Positions 63,370-64,000 of a DNA stretch of 64,000 nt are shown here, piece after piece. Made by a program: the position numbers and the translations under genes. Source of the DNA: a virus; the IMG/VR virus record IMGVR_UViG_3300007511_000007, positions 32,001 to 96,000 of that record, one strand, 5' to 3'. The stretch's first letter is position 1. Each line of letters starts with the position of its first letter. The notes under the pieces are model-generated. The model saw only the letters and a list, made by a program, of their open reading frames with translations. It was not told the DNA's origin and made no database searches.

Positions 63370-63609
63370 TTAATCGGCCCAACGAAAAGGAAACAGCTTG
63401 ATGGTTTTCCCCTTGGCTTTGGGTTTGTCAGGGGTGGTCACGAAGATAGTAGGCATACGATGTTCGTCGTAACCCATACCAGAAATAATCCCCTTTTTGT
63501 TGCGATATTTGCCATACAAGATGCGATCTCCCTTTTTGGGTATTCTCAAACCCCCTGTGAGGAATCGAGAAGCTACTCTTTTGGCTGAAGGTTTTCTCAC
63601 CGTAACCAC
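63370..63609 (-). CDS. Small KOW/SH3-like protein with N-terminal RVASRFL tag (79 aa)
   Basis: KGDRILYGKYRNKKGII segment after the tag. Confidence 0.7.
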   Translation of the reverse strand: MVTVRKPSAKRVASRFLTGGLRIPKKGDRILYGKYRNKKGIISGMGYDEHRMPTIFVTTPDKPKAKGKTIKLFPFRWAD

Positions 63610-64000
63610 TTGTCCAGGAGTGGGGACGCTACTTTGTAGCCAGAATGTCCTTTGGAGAGTTCATGCTGGGTCAAAAGGGACTGCATGGTATTTTGGATGT
63701 CCTTGGATTTGAGGACTGCTTTACGGATTGCCTCAGCTACTTTAGCGATTGCCCTCCCAACGGCCATTTCATCTTTGGATGTGACCTCCCGACCCATGGA
63801 GTACAGGATCTCACGTTTCTTCGGAGCTTTGCCGTTACGGGCAATCAAAGTCATCCATTGAACTCCGTACTCCGCGACGGCTGGTTTCATTTGATGGATG
63901 ACCCGCAAACAGAAGCCACGGAGCTTTTTCCCAAGTTGATCTCTTCCGGTCAGAGCTTCTGCAATGAGGTCGTACTGGTTTTTCTCATTCAACTCGGTGT
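63597..64000 (-). CDS. Hypothetical protein, probably truncated at its 5' end by the window edge
   Basis: The frame stays open from 63992 to the edge of the window. Confidence 0.55.
   Translation of the reverse strand, partial: TELNEKNQYDLIAEALTGRDQLGKKLRGFCLRVIHQMKPAVAEYGVQWMTLIARNGKAPKKREILYSMGREVTSKDEMAVGRAIAKVAEAIRKAVLKSKDIQNTMQSLLTQHELSKGHSGYKVASPLLDKWLR

Noticed and set aside
6-63861. Numerous plus-strand ORFs, some over 300 aa (e.g. 7230-8393, 9286-10323, 45102-46103)
   Set aside because: They are antisense shadows of clear minus-strand genes, with no RBS or motifs and complementary low-complexity composition.
1-64000. tRNA genes, CRISPR arrays and stop-codon reassignment
   Set aside because: No T-loop/cloverleaf or regularly spaced repeats were found by eye. 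Genes are intact under code 11, and TAA, TAG and TGA are all used as stops.

Overview
This window is part of a large tailed dsDNA phage genome, probably a jumbo phage. It uses the standard code, and almost every gene is on the minus strand. Read in transcription order (right to left), it holds a replication/recombination module (about 40.8-61.6 kb): delta', delta, intein-containing class II ribonucleotide reductase, RecD2, gp32-like SSB, RuvC, RecA, a split SbcC/Rad50 with SbcD, a RecB-like nuclease, a beta clamp, a TOPRIM primase and DnaX. A transcription pair follows (NusG-like plus a tandem sigma region 4 protein). The virion module (1-39.7 kb) contains putative internal cargo proteins, terminase, intein-containing portal, a 2047-aa multi-enzyme protein, intein-containing prohead protease, an acidic scaffold with an EF-hand pair, a decoration protein and an HK97-type major capsid protein. 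The most striking pattern is a short peptide tag, x-V-[AS]-x-[RK]-[FWY]-L (e.g. RVASRFL), in 11 otherwise unrelated proteins. It is often followed by K-x-A, a tripeptide that saturates the scaffold. The same tag and K-x-A sites mark domain boundaries of the 2047-aa protein (CCA-type nucleotidyltransferase, Acb1-like 2H phosphoesterase, topoisomerase IB). I infer a capsid cargo-addressing and proteolytic release system that includes a virion-packaged polyprotein. All protein calls rest on motif recognition and gene context; no database search was run.
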